DNA from: Bacteroidota bacterium
Lineage (GTDB): Bacteria > Bacteroidota > Bacteroidia > Bacteroidales > FEN-979
Assembly: GCA_037138335.1 (NCBI GenBank)
Contig: JBAXIO010000006.1
Location: 81,790-145,789, forward strand
DNA: 64,000 nucleotides
Direction: 5' to 3'
Each line of letters begins with the position of its first letter. Position 1 is the stretch's first letter. A program made the position numbers and the translations under genes. The notes beneath the pieces were generated by a model. The model saw only the letters and a list, made by a program, of their open reading frames with translations, had not been told where the DNA came from and ran no database searches. Of this stretch, positions 25,273-35,401 are shown piece after piece.

Positions 25273-26373
25273 AGAAAAACCTCCTTCGTACCTCAGACCG
25301 TTATAAGTTCTGAAGGGCTTGTCGCCAAAGTACTTCCGGTCTTCCTTCAACAGGAACGTTCCCCAGAAAATACCTACTGAACCAGGAACCAGCCTTAAGC
25401 CTCCGGCATGTTTAAGGAGGCTTGCGCTTACAATGAACTGGTCGAGAAGGCTCCATATCCCTTTGTAACGGTGAGAGCCCTGGCGGCCCGAAAAAGGGCA
25501 CATCAGGTTTATAAGATCACCGGTGTTTTTAAGGGAGTCGGGCGGAAGGGCATGGAGAATATTAGTGATGCTCGACGATCCCGGTTCGTCATTGAAATCT
25601 CCCATGACAAGAATATTCGCATATGGTCCGCCAGCAAGGAGGGAGTCGATCAAACGGCGAAGAACATAGGCCACATAATCCCGCCTGGGCTGGGATTCGG
25701 CGTATCCTCCTCTCCTGGAAGGCCAGTGATTGATAAGGATGTTAAGCGTATCACCACCGAAAACCTGTCCCTTGACGAACAGGATCTCCCTGGTCCTTGC
25801 AGCTGTGTCAAAAGGGAAATCGATCTTATACGGTTTTGAGCATAAAACCCTGAATTTTGAAGGAAGGTACAACAGGGCCACATCGATGCCCCTGAGGTCA
25901 GGTGATTCATGATGGATCATTCTGTAGCCGAATGGCTTAAGCGGAGAATCCCAGATCAGCTTGTTCATGACGAACCTGTTCTCGACTTCGCATAATCCCA
26001 CGATACCGGGAGGTTCCCATGTACCGATAGCCATGAGGGTCTTGGCTACATGATTTAGTTTGATGTGAAACCGCTTATAATTCCAGCGCATCAGGCCCTG
26101 CGACGTGAACTCATTATCGAATTTGGTGGTATCATCATAGGTGTCATACAGGTTTTCCACATTCCAGAAAACGACCCTGACATTTTGACCGGAAGACATT
26201 CCGGTCTTCTTCTCAAGGGTATCCAGGCTCAGGCTGCCCTCCCCGGGGATAAAATTTTTACATGCAGAAAATGAATTATTTAGACTTAATAAAATAGAAA
26301 TTGCCAAAATAAAAATCAATTTTTGCACGATTTTTGTTGTGAATTCAATTCTGATTATTGAGCCGTTTTTCAT
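25222..26373 (-). CDS. Endonuclease/exonuclease/phosphatase (EEP) family protein, secreted
   Basis: VVFWNVENLYD, GDFND and SDHLPV motifs are present. The start is trimmed to ATG 26373 (or 26385), giving a signal-like IFILAISILLSLNNSFSAC. The upstream 50 codons of the tracked ORF look non-coding. Confidence 0.8.
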   Translation of the reverse strand: MKNGSIIRIEFTTKIVQKLIFILAISILLSLNNSFSACKNFIPGEGSLSLDTLEKKTGMSSGQNVRVVFWNVENLYDTYDDTTKFDNEFTSQGLMRWNYKRFHIKLNHVAKTLMAIGTWEPPGIVGLCEVENRFVMNKLIWDSPLKPFGYRMIHHESPDLRGIDVALLYLPSKFRVLCSKPYKIDFPFDTAARTREILFVKGQVFGGDTLNILINHWPSRRGGYAESQPRRDYVAYVLRRLIDSLLAGGPYANILVMGDFNDEPGSSSITNILHALPPDSLKNTGDLINLMCPFSGRQGSHRYKGIWSLLDQFIVSASLLKHAGGLRLVPGSVGIFWGTFLLKEDRKYFGDKPFRTYNGLRYEGGFSDHLPVYLDLVTDGHHK

Positions 26374-26530
26374 AGAAAAAATCATATATTTTATACTTAA
26401 TCCGGTTTGGTTCAGAAAGTGATATGCCTGTGAATAATAATACTTTAACAATATTTTAACAGAATGATTAACAGATTTTAACGACGTGCCTGAAATATGG
26501 TTTTTGAGACTGCGTTTATGCATTTAACAA

Positions 26531-26587
26531 GTGACTGGTGACTAATTGCTGTTCACTGTTCACCAGTCACTGTTCACCAATCACTCT
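26531..26587. repeat. GTGAC/TCAC heptamer inverted-repeat element in the EEP/htrA divergent spacer
   Basis: The sequence is GTGACTGGTGACTA-ATTGCT-GTTCACTGTTCACCAGTCACTGTTCACCAATCACT. GTGACTGGTGA (26531-41) is the exact reverse complement of TCACCAGTCAC (26560-70). Positions 26558-26579 are identical to 49530-49551. Confidence 0.7.
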
Positions 26588-26610
26588 TTTTAACCAACAG
26601 CTTTAATAAT

Positions 26611-28047
<1,437 letters not shown>

Positions 28048-28090
28048 AAGCAACCCGGGGGCCTTTTAACGGGTCTTGTATAAAGAGTTT

Positions 28091-28111
28091 GCCCCGGTAT
28101 TAATCCGGGGC
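28091..28111 (+). terminator. GC-rich hairpin downstream of htrA (GCCCCGG-TATTAAT-CCGGGGC)
   Basis: A 7-bp perfect stem lies 44 nt after the stop and is followed by CGGTTTCC. A second 6-bp hairpin (CCGCTC-CTGTT-GAGCGG) sits at 28118-28134. Either could instead be structure in the rpoD leader. Confidence 0.35.
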
Positions 28112-28169
28112 CGGTTTCCGCTCCTGTTGAGCGGGGAGTAATTCGGGGAATTGATAGCAGGAAGGGATT

Positions 28170-29033
28170 ATGAGACAGCTTAAAATTTCGAAATCGATCA
28201 CCAACCGTGAAACGGCTTCATTAGATAAATACCTCGCTGATATAGGCAAGGAGGAACTTATTACAGCCGAAGAAGAAGTGAACCTGGCCCAACGTATTAA
28301 GCATGGAGACCAGCTTGCACTTGATAAGCTCTGTAAAGCCAACCTTCGTTTTGTTGTGTCGGTTGCAAAACAATACCAAAACCAGGGGTTAAGCCTGCCC
28401 GACCTGATCAATGAAGGGAATGTTGGCCTGATCAAGGCTGCAAGGAGGTTCGACGAAACCAGGGGATTCAAATTTATCTCTTATGCCGTTTGGTGGATAC
28501 GGCAGTCGATCCTCCAGGCCCTGGCAGAACAATCGAGGATAGTGAGGCTCCCATTGAACCAGGTTGGTTCCCTCGGGAAGATCAGCAAGGCGACATCCAG
28601 GCTTGAACAGATCTACGAAAGGGCCCCTTCCATGGGAGAGCTGGCGAAGGAGATGGAGATCTCCGAACACAAAGTGGCTGAAACCATGAAAATGGGTACA
28701 CGGACAGTTTCGATGGATGCGCCTATCGATCAGGATGAAGATACCAAACTGCTGGATGTATTCGTGTCGGTTGACACTCCCGATACGGATGAGAATCTTA
28801 TCCGGGAAAGCCTTTCCCAGGAGATACAGCGTTCACTGGCCACCCTGACCGAAAAAGAAAGGGAGATACTCAATATGTTCTATGGCATGGGTTACCCTCA
28901 CAGCTATACGCTGGATGAGATAGGCTCCGCTTTCGGCCTCACCCGTGAACGGGTGCGTCAGATCAAGGAAAAAGCCATCCGCCGACTTAAACATTCTTCA
29001 AGAAGCAGGCTGCTGCAATCTTACCTTGGATAA
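28170..29033 (+). CDS. rpoD: Primary RNA polymerase sigma factor (sigma-70 family, Bacteroidota sigma-A type, 287 aa)
   Basis: Region 2 is [18 protein letters not shown]...[11 protein letters not shown] and region 4 is [23 protein letters not shown]. The compact 287-aa length is typical of Bacteroidota. Confidence 0.9.
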   Translation: MRQLKISKSITNRETASLDKYLADIGKEELITAEEEVNLAQRIKHGDQLALDKLCKANLRFVVSVAKQYQNQGLSLPDLINEGNVGLIKAARRFDETRGFKFISYAVWWIRQSILQALAEQSRIVRLPLNQVGSLGKISKATSRLEQIYERAPSMGELAKEMEISEHKVAETMKMGTRTVSMDAPIDQDEDTKLLDVFVSVDTPDTDENLIRESLSQEIQRSLATLTEKEREILNMFYGMGYPHSYTLDEIGSAFGLTRERVRQIKEKAIRRLKHSSRSRLLQSYLG

Positions 29034-29046
29034 ACCGGACCGGTGT

Positions 29047-29460
29047 TTACCGGTAACTGATCCTCACCGTTTGTTTGATTTCGGGGTGCAGGCTCAGTGC
29101 TACCGGGCAGTTCCTTGTAATATGTTCCAGCACTCTTTTCTGCTGTTCGGTGTAGCTGTTTGGCGGAAATGTAAGCTCGACAATAATTTCGCCTATCCGG
29201 CGGGGGCTGTCGGCCATTACCTTGGTGATCTCCCAGCTGGCCCCGTCGATACTAAAACCTTGCGCCTTTGCTGAAATACCCATAATGGTTATCATGCAGC
29301 TGCCCAGCGCGGTTGCCACCAGGTCGGTAGGCGAGAAAAACTCCCCCTTGCCCTGGTTGTCAACGGGGGCATCGGTCATAAGTTTTGTCCCTGACTGAAG
29401 ATGGGTGGCTTCGGTGCGAAGGCCGCCCTGGTATGTTGCGTGTACTGTTTTCATAGTCAA
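29047..29460 (-). CDS. OsmC/Ohr family protein
   Basis: 137 aa, with the SPTDLVATALGSCM motif and a second conserved Cys (ITRNCPV). Confidence 0.8.
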   Translation of the reverse strand: MTMKTVHATYQGGLRTEATHLQSGTKLMTDAPVDNQGKGEFFSPTDLVATALGSCMITIMGISAKAQGFSIDGASWEITKVMADSPRRIGEIIVELTFPPNSYTEQQKRVLEHITRNCPVALSLHPEIKQTVRISYR

Positions 29461-29487
29461 TAAGATATAATTTAATGATTTGAATTA

Positions 29488-30585
29488 TTAACGGTAGCCT
29501 ATACCCGGGTAGCCTACCCAGTGACTGATCGTGGCTTTGGCCGTCGTCCCCATTTTGATATCACTGACCGGGACTGGTTTCTGGCTGATGGAGGTGGAGT
29601 ACCCGATTAGTGTTCCTGAGGATGACATTGACCGGAGCGAGTTCTCAAGCTGTGCAAGTGTCAGAAGCCCGAAAGGTACCGAATATCTCCCGCACCAGGT
29701 CCATTTGTAAGAATGATAATTGGTATCCTGCACCGTGTATTGGGTAAAGGCCAGGGCTTTGTTTTCGGTGACCTGCCCAAGCAGGCAATTCCTCATGATC
29801 TCGAATTCGTGATCCACGGCTTTATAATACCCGGCGGTATCGCAGCCATAGAATGCATAATTTGCACCTCCCCAGTCTTCACATCCGTAATGCACTGCGT
29901 CGCTTGAAACGACTATTGAATAATCCCTTCCGATCTGGATGTTCCTGTCATTGAACTGGCTAAGGTTATATAATGCGTCGGCCAGGCTGGCTGAAATGCT
30001 TTTCATGGCAGGGAAGGACATTGCCGGGATCAGGATGGGGACAATTTCAACTTTCTTGTTGTAATACTGGAGGAATGGGATGATAGCTTCCACCGAATGC
30101 TCTGCTTCCTGGAGGCTGTCGCTTACAATATAGGAAGACCTCGGCAGTTTGTTCATGATAGCTTCCCTCAGGGCTGAAACCTTTACAGGCCCGTATGGAC
30201 CCTGCCAGTAATCATATGTGTCGAATACCATCCTGCCTTCAATATTAAATTTCTTAGCCTTATGGGCTACTCCCAGCAGGATCACCGTTTGTGTTTTTAC
30301 GTTTCGAAGGACGGCAGGGTAGAGCCATCCCACATAAGTATAATCGTCATGGGGAGATATAGCCAGTTTCCATGACATGAATTTCTGGATGTTGCCATTG
30401 TCGAGGGCTTCATTCATCTTCATGCCCTGAAGCCGTTCTATTCTTTTCATGACTGAATCCATCTGCCAGGAGCGGGTTGCAAAACCAACGGGGTCAACCG
30501 GTTTGCGGATGCGGGCTGCCGGGCTGCCGCTCATCAACACCATCAGTAAAATAGCGGAACAAATAATATTCAGGATTGATTTCAT
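29488..30585 (-). CDS. Divergent Memo-family (class III extradiol dioxygenase-like) protein with signal peptide
   Basis: It aligns by eye with the Memo domain at 20233-21735. The pairs are ISPHDDYTY vs CPHAGYVF, EHSVEAIIPFLQY vs EHSLEVQVPFLQY, EIVPIL vs KIVPIL, and VVSSDAVHYG vs VSSDFSHY. The start is trimmed to ATG 30585 (MKSILNIICSAILLMVLMSGSPAA). Confidence 0.65.
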   Translation of the reverse strand: MKSILNIICSAILLMVLMSGSPAARIRKPVDPVGFATRSWQMDSVMKRIERLQGMKMNEALDNGNIQKFMSWKLAISPHDDYTYVGWLYPAVLRNVKTQTVILLGVAHKAKKFNIEGRMVFDTYDYWQGPYGPVKVSALREAIMNKLPRSSYIVSDSLQEAEHSVEAIIPFLQYYNKKVEIVPILIPAMSFPAMKSISASLADALYNLSQFNDRNIQIGRDYSIVVSSDAVHYGCEDWGGANYAFYGCDTAGYYKAVDHEFEIMRNCLLGQVTENKALAFTQYTVQDTNYHSYKWTWCGRYSVPFGLLTLAQLENSLRSMSSSGTLIGYSTSISQKPVPVSDIKMGTTAKATISHWVGYPGIGYR

Positions 30586-30602
30586 ATATGGACGAATAAG
30601 GA

Positions 30603-30610
30603 TAATTTTG
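30603..30610 (+). promoter_or_regulatory. -7 box TAATTTTG upstream of phosphatase gene
   Basis: Perfect TAnnTTTG, 45 nt before ATG 30655. Confidence 0.45.
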
Positions 30611-30654
30611 CAGGCTGCAAATTGCAGGACCAGTGTAAAGTTAGAAATTTCCAT

Positions 30655-31407
30655 ATGATTGAAAGACCCAACGGCACTTCTTTTCTTGAGAGCCAGCCTA
30701 ATTTTCGTTCTTTTGAAGGCATCCGCGCCCTTGACGGCAGGATGTTCAGGAAGAACATGCTTTACCGCAGCGGTGGGCTGAATAAGTTAAGCCCTGCCGA
30801 CCTCCTTAAGCTTGGGGATATAGGCCTGGCTATGGTGGTTGACTTTCGCTCCGACCGAGAGGTAGCATCATATCCAAGCTGTTTTATCCCTTCAGTTCAG
30901 AAAACATACAGGATCGCGATCCCTGACGAAGCCAGGGACAGGGCGATGGAATTTCTTGACATGAATAATGCTGAAGGCCTTGAAAAGGTGCTGATTTCCG
31001 ATTACCGCAGGATGATCAAAAACGATACACCGAGGTTTGCCGAATTTTTCAGGATACTTGAACAGGCCAACAGCCTTCCGTTGGTATTCCACTGTGCCGC
31101 CGGCAAAGACCGTACAGGCATTGCTTCTTTCCTGCTCCTTACCGCGCTCGGTTTTGATCCCGAAACAGTAAAACAGGATTATTTCCTCAGCAATATCCGC
31201 CTCAGTGCTTTCATAGAGAGGCTTATCAAAAAGGTCACCGAAGATGGAAAGAACGGGCAGATCATCAGGCCGATGATGGAAGTCAGGCCTGAATACCTCC
31301 AGGCTGCACTGGATGAGATCGCCCTCTCCTTCGGCGGGATAGATAATTATCTTTCAAAGGTATTAGCTGTTGACTCAGAGCTTCTTAAGACCAAATACCT
31401 TGAATAA
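30655..31407 (+). CDS. Protein-tyrosine phosphatase-like protein (Y_phosphatase3-type)
   Basis: The CX5R P-loop is HCAAGKDRTG. The start is trimmed to ATG 30655 (MIERPNG). Confidence 0.8.
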   Translation: MIERPNGTSFLESQPNFRSFEGIRALDGRMFRKNMLYRSGGLNKLSPADLLKLGDIGLAMVVDFRSDREVASYPSCFIPSVQKTYRIAIPDEARDRAMEFLDMNNAEGLEKVLISDYRRMIKNDTPRFAEFFRILEQANSLPLVFHCAAGKDRTGIASFLLLTALGFDPETVKQDYFLSNIRLSAFIERLIKKVTEDGKNGQIIRPMMEVRPEYLQAALDEIALSFGGIDNYLSKVLAVDSELLKTKYLE

Positions 31408-31408
31408 T

Positions 31409-31843
31409 ATGGATATCGGGGATTGTATCAATTTTGCCAACGGGAATCCGGTTTGTTTTCTCGCCACCTGCGAGGAAGGGATCCCCAGGGTTAGGTGTAT
31501 GGGATTCTGGTTTGCCGACTCCAGAGGTTTTTACTTCCAGAGCGGGGCCTCCAAGCAAATGGTTCAACAGATCAGGACCAACCCGAACATCGAGGTTTGT
31601 TTTTACAAGGCCTCGGGCATGATTGGTGAGACCATGCGGATCAGCGGGAAGGCAGAATTCGTTGACGATCCTGACCTTAAGAAAAAAGTCATTACCGACA
31701 GGCCCTTTCTTAAGAGTTTTGGCCTCGAATACGACAGCCCCCAGCTCGTGATCTTCCGCATTGCAAAAGGGAAAGCTCATTTCTGGAATATGAGGTCCAA
31801 CTTCACTGCCAAAGAATACATCAGCTTCGGTGATGCAGGTTGA
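31409..31843 (+). CDS. Pyridoxamine 5'-phosphate oxidase-family (FMN-binding split barrel) protein
   Basis: About 145 aa, with the N-terminal pattern NPVCFLATCEEGIPRVRCM...FYFQSG...KQMVQQIRTNP typical of PNPOx-like proteins. The ATG lies 1 nt after the upstream stop. Confidence 0.65.
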   Translation: MDIGDCINFANGNPVCFLATCEEGIPRVRCMGFWFADSRGFYFQSGASKQMVQQIRTNPNIEVCFYKASGMIGETMRISGKAEFVDDPDLKKKVITDRPFLKSFGLEYDSPQLVIFRIAKGKAHFWNMRSNFTAKEYISFGDAG

Positions 31844-31861
31844 AAAGACCTTCCAATTCAA

Positions 31862-32569
31862 TTATTCCGGAAGAGGCAGTATTTTCATCCTGTAACCTAC
31901 GCCGGGCTCGGTGATCAGAAGTTCGGGAACCGAGGGGTCGTTTTCAATCTTTTTTCTAAGCTGGGCAATATGGACCCTGAGGATTTGCGCGTTGTCGGCA
32001 TATGGAGCGCTCCATATCTCCCGGCTGATATAGGAATGTGTGAGAACTTTGCCCGCATTTCTTATAAAGATAAGCAAGAGGGAATATTCTGTTGCCGTAA
32101 GCTTCACCTCCTGTTTGTTCAGACGGGTAACCCTGCTGTTTATGTCCACCTCAAGCGAGCCGGAACGGAACACGGGCGATTCATCCATCCGAAGCGAATG
32201 CCGGATGGCAACCCTGATCCTGGCAAGCAGCTCGCCGGCGTTAAAGGGCTTGGTAACATAATCGTCGGCACCGGAATCAAGAGCTTCAATCATTACCGAT
32301 TCCGAATCCTGGACAGTCAGCACGATTACAGGCACGGCTGACCATTCCCTCAGCCGGCCCATCAGTTTTAGTCCGCTTTCATCAGGAAGACCCAGGTCGA
32401 GCAGGATCACATCAGGGTGATTCATCGTAACGGCCTGCATGCCTTCCTTTGCCGTTGCTGCTTCAAAGACTTTATATTCATTGCTCTCAAGGGTCATCCT
32501 GAGCAACCTGCGGATCTGCGCTTCGTCGTCGATGATAAGGACTTTATATTTTATTTTACTTTTTTCCAT
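31862..32569 (-). CDS. OmpR-family response regulator, KdpE-like
   Basis: The REC domain is VLIIDDE...DVILLDLGLPD...VTKPF. The winged-helix output is LTATEYSLLL...ITEPGVGYRM. Confidence 0.8.
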   Translation of the reverse strand: MEKSKIKYKVLIIDDEAQIRRLLRMTLESNEYKVFEAATAKEGMQAVTMNHPDVILLDLGLPDESGLKLMGRLREWSAVPVIVLTVQDSESVMIEALDSGADDYVTKPFNAGELLARIRVAIRHSLRMDESPVFRSGSLEVDINSRVTRLNKQEVKLTATEYSLLLIFIRNAGKVLTHSYISREIWSAPYADNAQILRVHIAQLRKKIENDPSVPELLITEPGVGYRMKILPLPE

Positions 32570-32570
32570 T

Positions 32571-34100
32571 TTATTTTTCTGCTTTAAATATCATTGTGAT
32601 TCTCAAACCGCCGTCCGGCTCATTCGATGCCCGGATAAATCCCTTATGAGCCTCAACAAAAGCCCTTACTATGGCCAACCCAAGACCGGTGCCCCCGCTC
32701 CTGGAACCGGGGACCCTGTAGAATTTTTCGAAAAGATGTTCCAGGTTTTCATCGGGTACCCCCGGGCCATAGTCCCTCACAGAAAGGGATACCATGTTGG
32801 CGGGATCATTGGAGGCCGTGATTTCAATTCCCGTTCCGACCGGGGTATACATCATTGCATTCCGTAAGATGTTAACCAGTACCTGCCTTATCAGGCTGAT
32901 ATCGGCTTTGATCAGGGAAAGGTTCTCATCAATTGAAATATTTAGCCTTCGGCCGTAAAGCTCTCCTTTCAGGTCTTTGACGACAAGGCCGACAAGGTCG
33001 GCAATATCACAGTACTGAAGATTGGGCTTTAAAAGCCCCGATTCAATCCTCGACATGTCGAGGATGTTCTCAACCAGGGTGTTCAGCCTGTTTGACGCAG
33101 ATTCCAGTTCATCGCAAATTTGCCTTCGTTTCTCCGGTTCCGAAGATGTCCTTGCATCATTGAGATTGCCAACCGCGGCAGAAATGATGGCGATCGGTGT
33201 CCGCAACTCATGTGAAACACTGTTAAGCACGGCCTGGAAAAGCTTCTCGGAATGGTCTAAAAGCTCTTTTTCCATTGCTTTCTCAATGCTGATCTCCCTC
33301 CCCAGCGTTGAAGCGATAATAGTGATAAAGGACCTGAACAGGAAAATTTTATCTTCCCCGGGTGCGGAATCGGTTTCGAGTTTAATTCCAATGACACCGA
33401 TTGCTTCGCGCGGATCAAGAAGGGGAAAATAAGTAATCCCGTCGGTGCTTTTCTCTGAATCACCTGGCCTTCCTGTGCTTGACTTAATAAAAAGGCTTTG
33501 TGCAATGGCAATCCCGTTGGCATTATGAAAGTCGGAGTTACCGTAGGGGGCTGAAAAAAGGCTGTTGCTGTTTTTATCTTTAATGTAGATTATGGCTTCC
33601 TGCCCGAAATATTTTTTGAGGTTCTCCCCGGCAATTTGCACTGCTTCGGCAATCGATTTGGCGTTATTCATGGATTCCAGGAAGTTGTTCAGAATAATCA
33701 GCCTTTCCTGGCTGTTCTGAAGGATGGTCTTGCTTTTACGTATCCTTGTGATAAGAATTACCGAAACAATGGCAACCAGGAGATCTGCAATATTGGCAAA
33801 AAGGTCCTCGATCTGCATGATGCCAATAGAAAAAAGAGGCTTCTGGAAGAAATAATCCCAGACCAGGACATTAAGGATAGCTGCGAACATCAGCGGCCAC
33901 CGGCCTAAAAAAAGTGCAAGAACGGCCACAACCATCAGAAGTATAAGCCCTACGCTGAAGATGCCAATGAAGTGGCTGAGAGGGAAGCATATCCCTGCCG
34001 TGAGTACTATTGCAAGGAATGCAATGAGATACTCACTGAAATCCGACCGGGAAGAATATTTCCAGATTCTGGTCCTGGACATAAAGTGGCTAATTCTCAT
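32571..34100 (-). CDS. Sensor histidine kinase, KdpD C-terminal-half type (DUF4118 membrane module + GAF-like + HisKA + HATPase)
   Basis: Four N-terminal TM helices carry the WDYFF motif. The H-box is SHELRTPIAII, and the N/G boxes are NILRNAMMYTP and GTGLGLAIV. There is no N-terminal KdpD/Usp domain. The stop lies 1 nt from the response-regulator start. Confidence 0.8.
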   Translation of the reverse strand: MRISHFMSRTRIWKYSSRSDFSEYLIAFLAIVLTAGICFPLSHFIGIFSVGLILLMVVAVLALFLGRWPLMFAAILNVLVWDYFFQKPLFSIGIMQIEDLFANIADLLVAIVSVILITRIRKSKTILQNSQERLIILNNFLESMNNAKSIAEAVQIAGENLKKYFGQEAIIYIKDKNSNSLFSAPYGNSDFHNANGIAIAQSLFIKSSTGRPGDSEKSTDGITYFPLLDPREAIGVIGIKLETDSAPGEDKIFLFRSFITIIASTLGREISIEKAMEKELLDHSEKLFQAVLNSVSHELRTPIAIISAAVGNLNDARTSSEPEKRRQICDELESASNRLNTLVENILDMSRIESGLLKPNLQYCDIADLVGLVVKDLKGELYGRRLNISIDENLSLIKADISLIRQVLVNILRNAMMYTPVGTGIEITASNDPANMVSLSVRDYGPGVPDENLEHLFEKFYRVPGSRSGGTGLGLAIVRAFVEAHKGFIRASNEPDGGLRITMIFKAEK

Positions 34101-34319
34101 TCAAACCTATGAATAATTTTTGACTAACGGCTTAATAAGACTGGTATCTCCAGTTTGTAAGAACATTCAAAGAACGATGTTTTCTTATAAAGTCCTGATA
34201 AATTTGTTCGTATTCAATATAAAGATTTAATAAAGCATATTCTCTGTTTTTCTGATTTTAGCTCTCACAGGAAATCTTTGTATCTTTATCTCCGGATTTG
34301 ATCTACAGCACTGAATCAT

Positions 34320-35387
34320 ATGAAGCCCAGGCATTATTTGTATTTTATTCTTATAGTTTTATCGGCAGCCGCCGGCTGTAATAAGAACACTGACCCTGTC
34401 TATGTTGCATACACTTATTCAGGATCAGGTACCTCTGGTGACATACTTAACTTAACAGTCAACGAGAATGCCGGAGGATACACTGTTTACAACGAGTCGA
34501 ATAAATTGTATGTCAACGGGTCCTTTACGGTATATTCAGGTGAATTAAACGGTCTTTACAAGGTTTATACCAACGGGGCGTTTTATTATGCCGTTGAGAT
34601 TCCCGGCCAGGTGTTTACCGGGAATTTCCCATCAGCAAGGCTTTTCAATAATCTTTCATTCGGTGTCACCCAGCTTTCAGATGCATCAAATCCCCTGGTA
34701 GCAGGGAATTACGTATATATGCATATAAGCAACAAACCGGTCAGCGGGAGCAATCTCAACAGGGAATGGGGCATCCTGACCATTCAGGCCGGAGGGACAT
34801 GGATAAAACAAGGTTTTTGTAATGATACCGGGTCAATGAGCAGGTTGATGCCCGACGAATATACAGGTCCTGTGCCACCTCTGAATCCTCCGGATTCGGG
34901 AACCTGGACTTTAAACAGTTTTAATCACCATCGGCTGATTATGCAGCAGTTTAATTCCAATGATACAATAACAGGGTTCCCCTGTGCAACCGACAGCGGT
35001 GCCGTATTTGTCATGGACCTCGGATTTGGTCATGGTTATCTTGTTGGTATGAAGTTGCTCGATGGCGGACTGAACAGGATCAGGGGCAATTACGGTTATT
35101 CAGATGTAAGGAATGATGCAAGCACGGGAGGAGGCAAGTTCTCAATTATCGATTCCTCTAATAGTGTTGCATGGTGGAGGGCAGATTCTTATGCCAAGGT
35201 AAGGACCGGGGTTTTCGGTGCCCTGAACCAGGGTTCGGTCCTTAAAAATGTATTTTACGCTAAAAACATCAGTTTCTGCGGCGAGACAGTTGATTATTAT
35301 GCCTTCGTGTCAGGCCCGTTTTTTATGGAATTCCAGTTCCGGGATAATAAATTCAGGTCATATGGCCTTGGGGCCCGGCTGCCATGA
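34320..35387 (+). CDS. Hypothetical lipoprotein
   Basis: Signal plus lipobox (LSAAAGC). The body is G/Y/N/T-rich and looks beta-rich. No family motif recognised. Confidence 0.55.
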   Translation: MKPRHYLYFILIVLSAAAGCNKNTDPVYVAYTYSGSGTSGDILNLTVNENAGGYTVYNESNKLYVNGSFTVYSGELNGLYKVYTNGAFYYAVEIPGQVFTGNFPSARLFNNLSFGVTQLSDASNPLVAGNYVYMHISNKPVSGSNLNREWGILTIQAGGTWIKQGFCNDTGSMSRLMPDEYTGPVPPLNPPDSGTWTLNSFNHHRLIMQQFNSNDTITGFPCATDSGAVFVMDLGFGHGYLVGMKLLDGGLNRIRGNYGYSDVRNDASTGGGKFSIIDSSNSVAWWRADSYAKVRTGVFGALNQGSVLKNVFYAKNISFCGETVDYYAFVSGPFFMEFQFRDNKFRSYGLGARLP

Positions 35388-35401
35388 CCTTGCAGTCTCG
35401 T

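Noticed and set aside
25180-25380. 66-aa plus-strand ORF spanning the tandem repeat
   Set aside because: It is generated by the repeat itself and is antisense to the EEP gene end. There is no promoter or start context.
26374-26523. 50-codon N-terminal extension of the EEP ORF, plus similar track extensions at 7367-7414, 30586-30654, 30622-30654, 31370-31408, 50310-50399, 60517-60555 and 2452-2487
   Set aside because: The extensions precede obvious signal peptides or conserved N-termini, overlap promoter boxes or neighbouring genes, and translate to non-family-like sequence. Internal ATG starts are preferred.
31385-31861. 158-aa minus-strand ORF almost exactly mirroring the PNPOx-family gene
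   Set aside because: The plus-strand product has the PNPOx-like split-barrel pattern and a start coupled to the upstream stop. The minus-strand translation is G/P-rich and motif-less.
31862-34100. Calling the HK/RR pair a functional K+-sensing KdpDE system
   Set aside because: The window contains neither kdpFABC nor the KdpD N-terminal sensor domain. Only family resemblance can be claimed.
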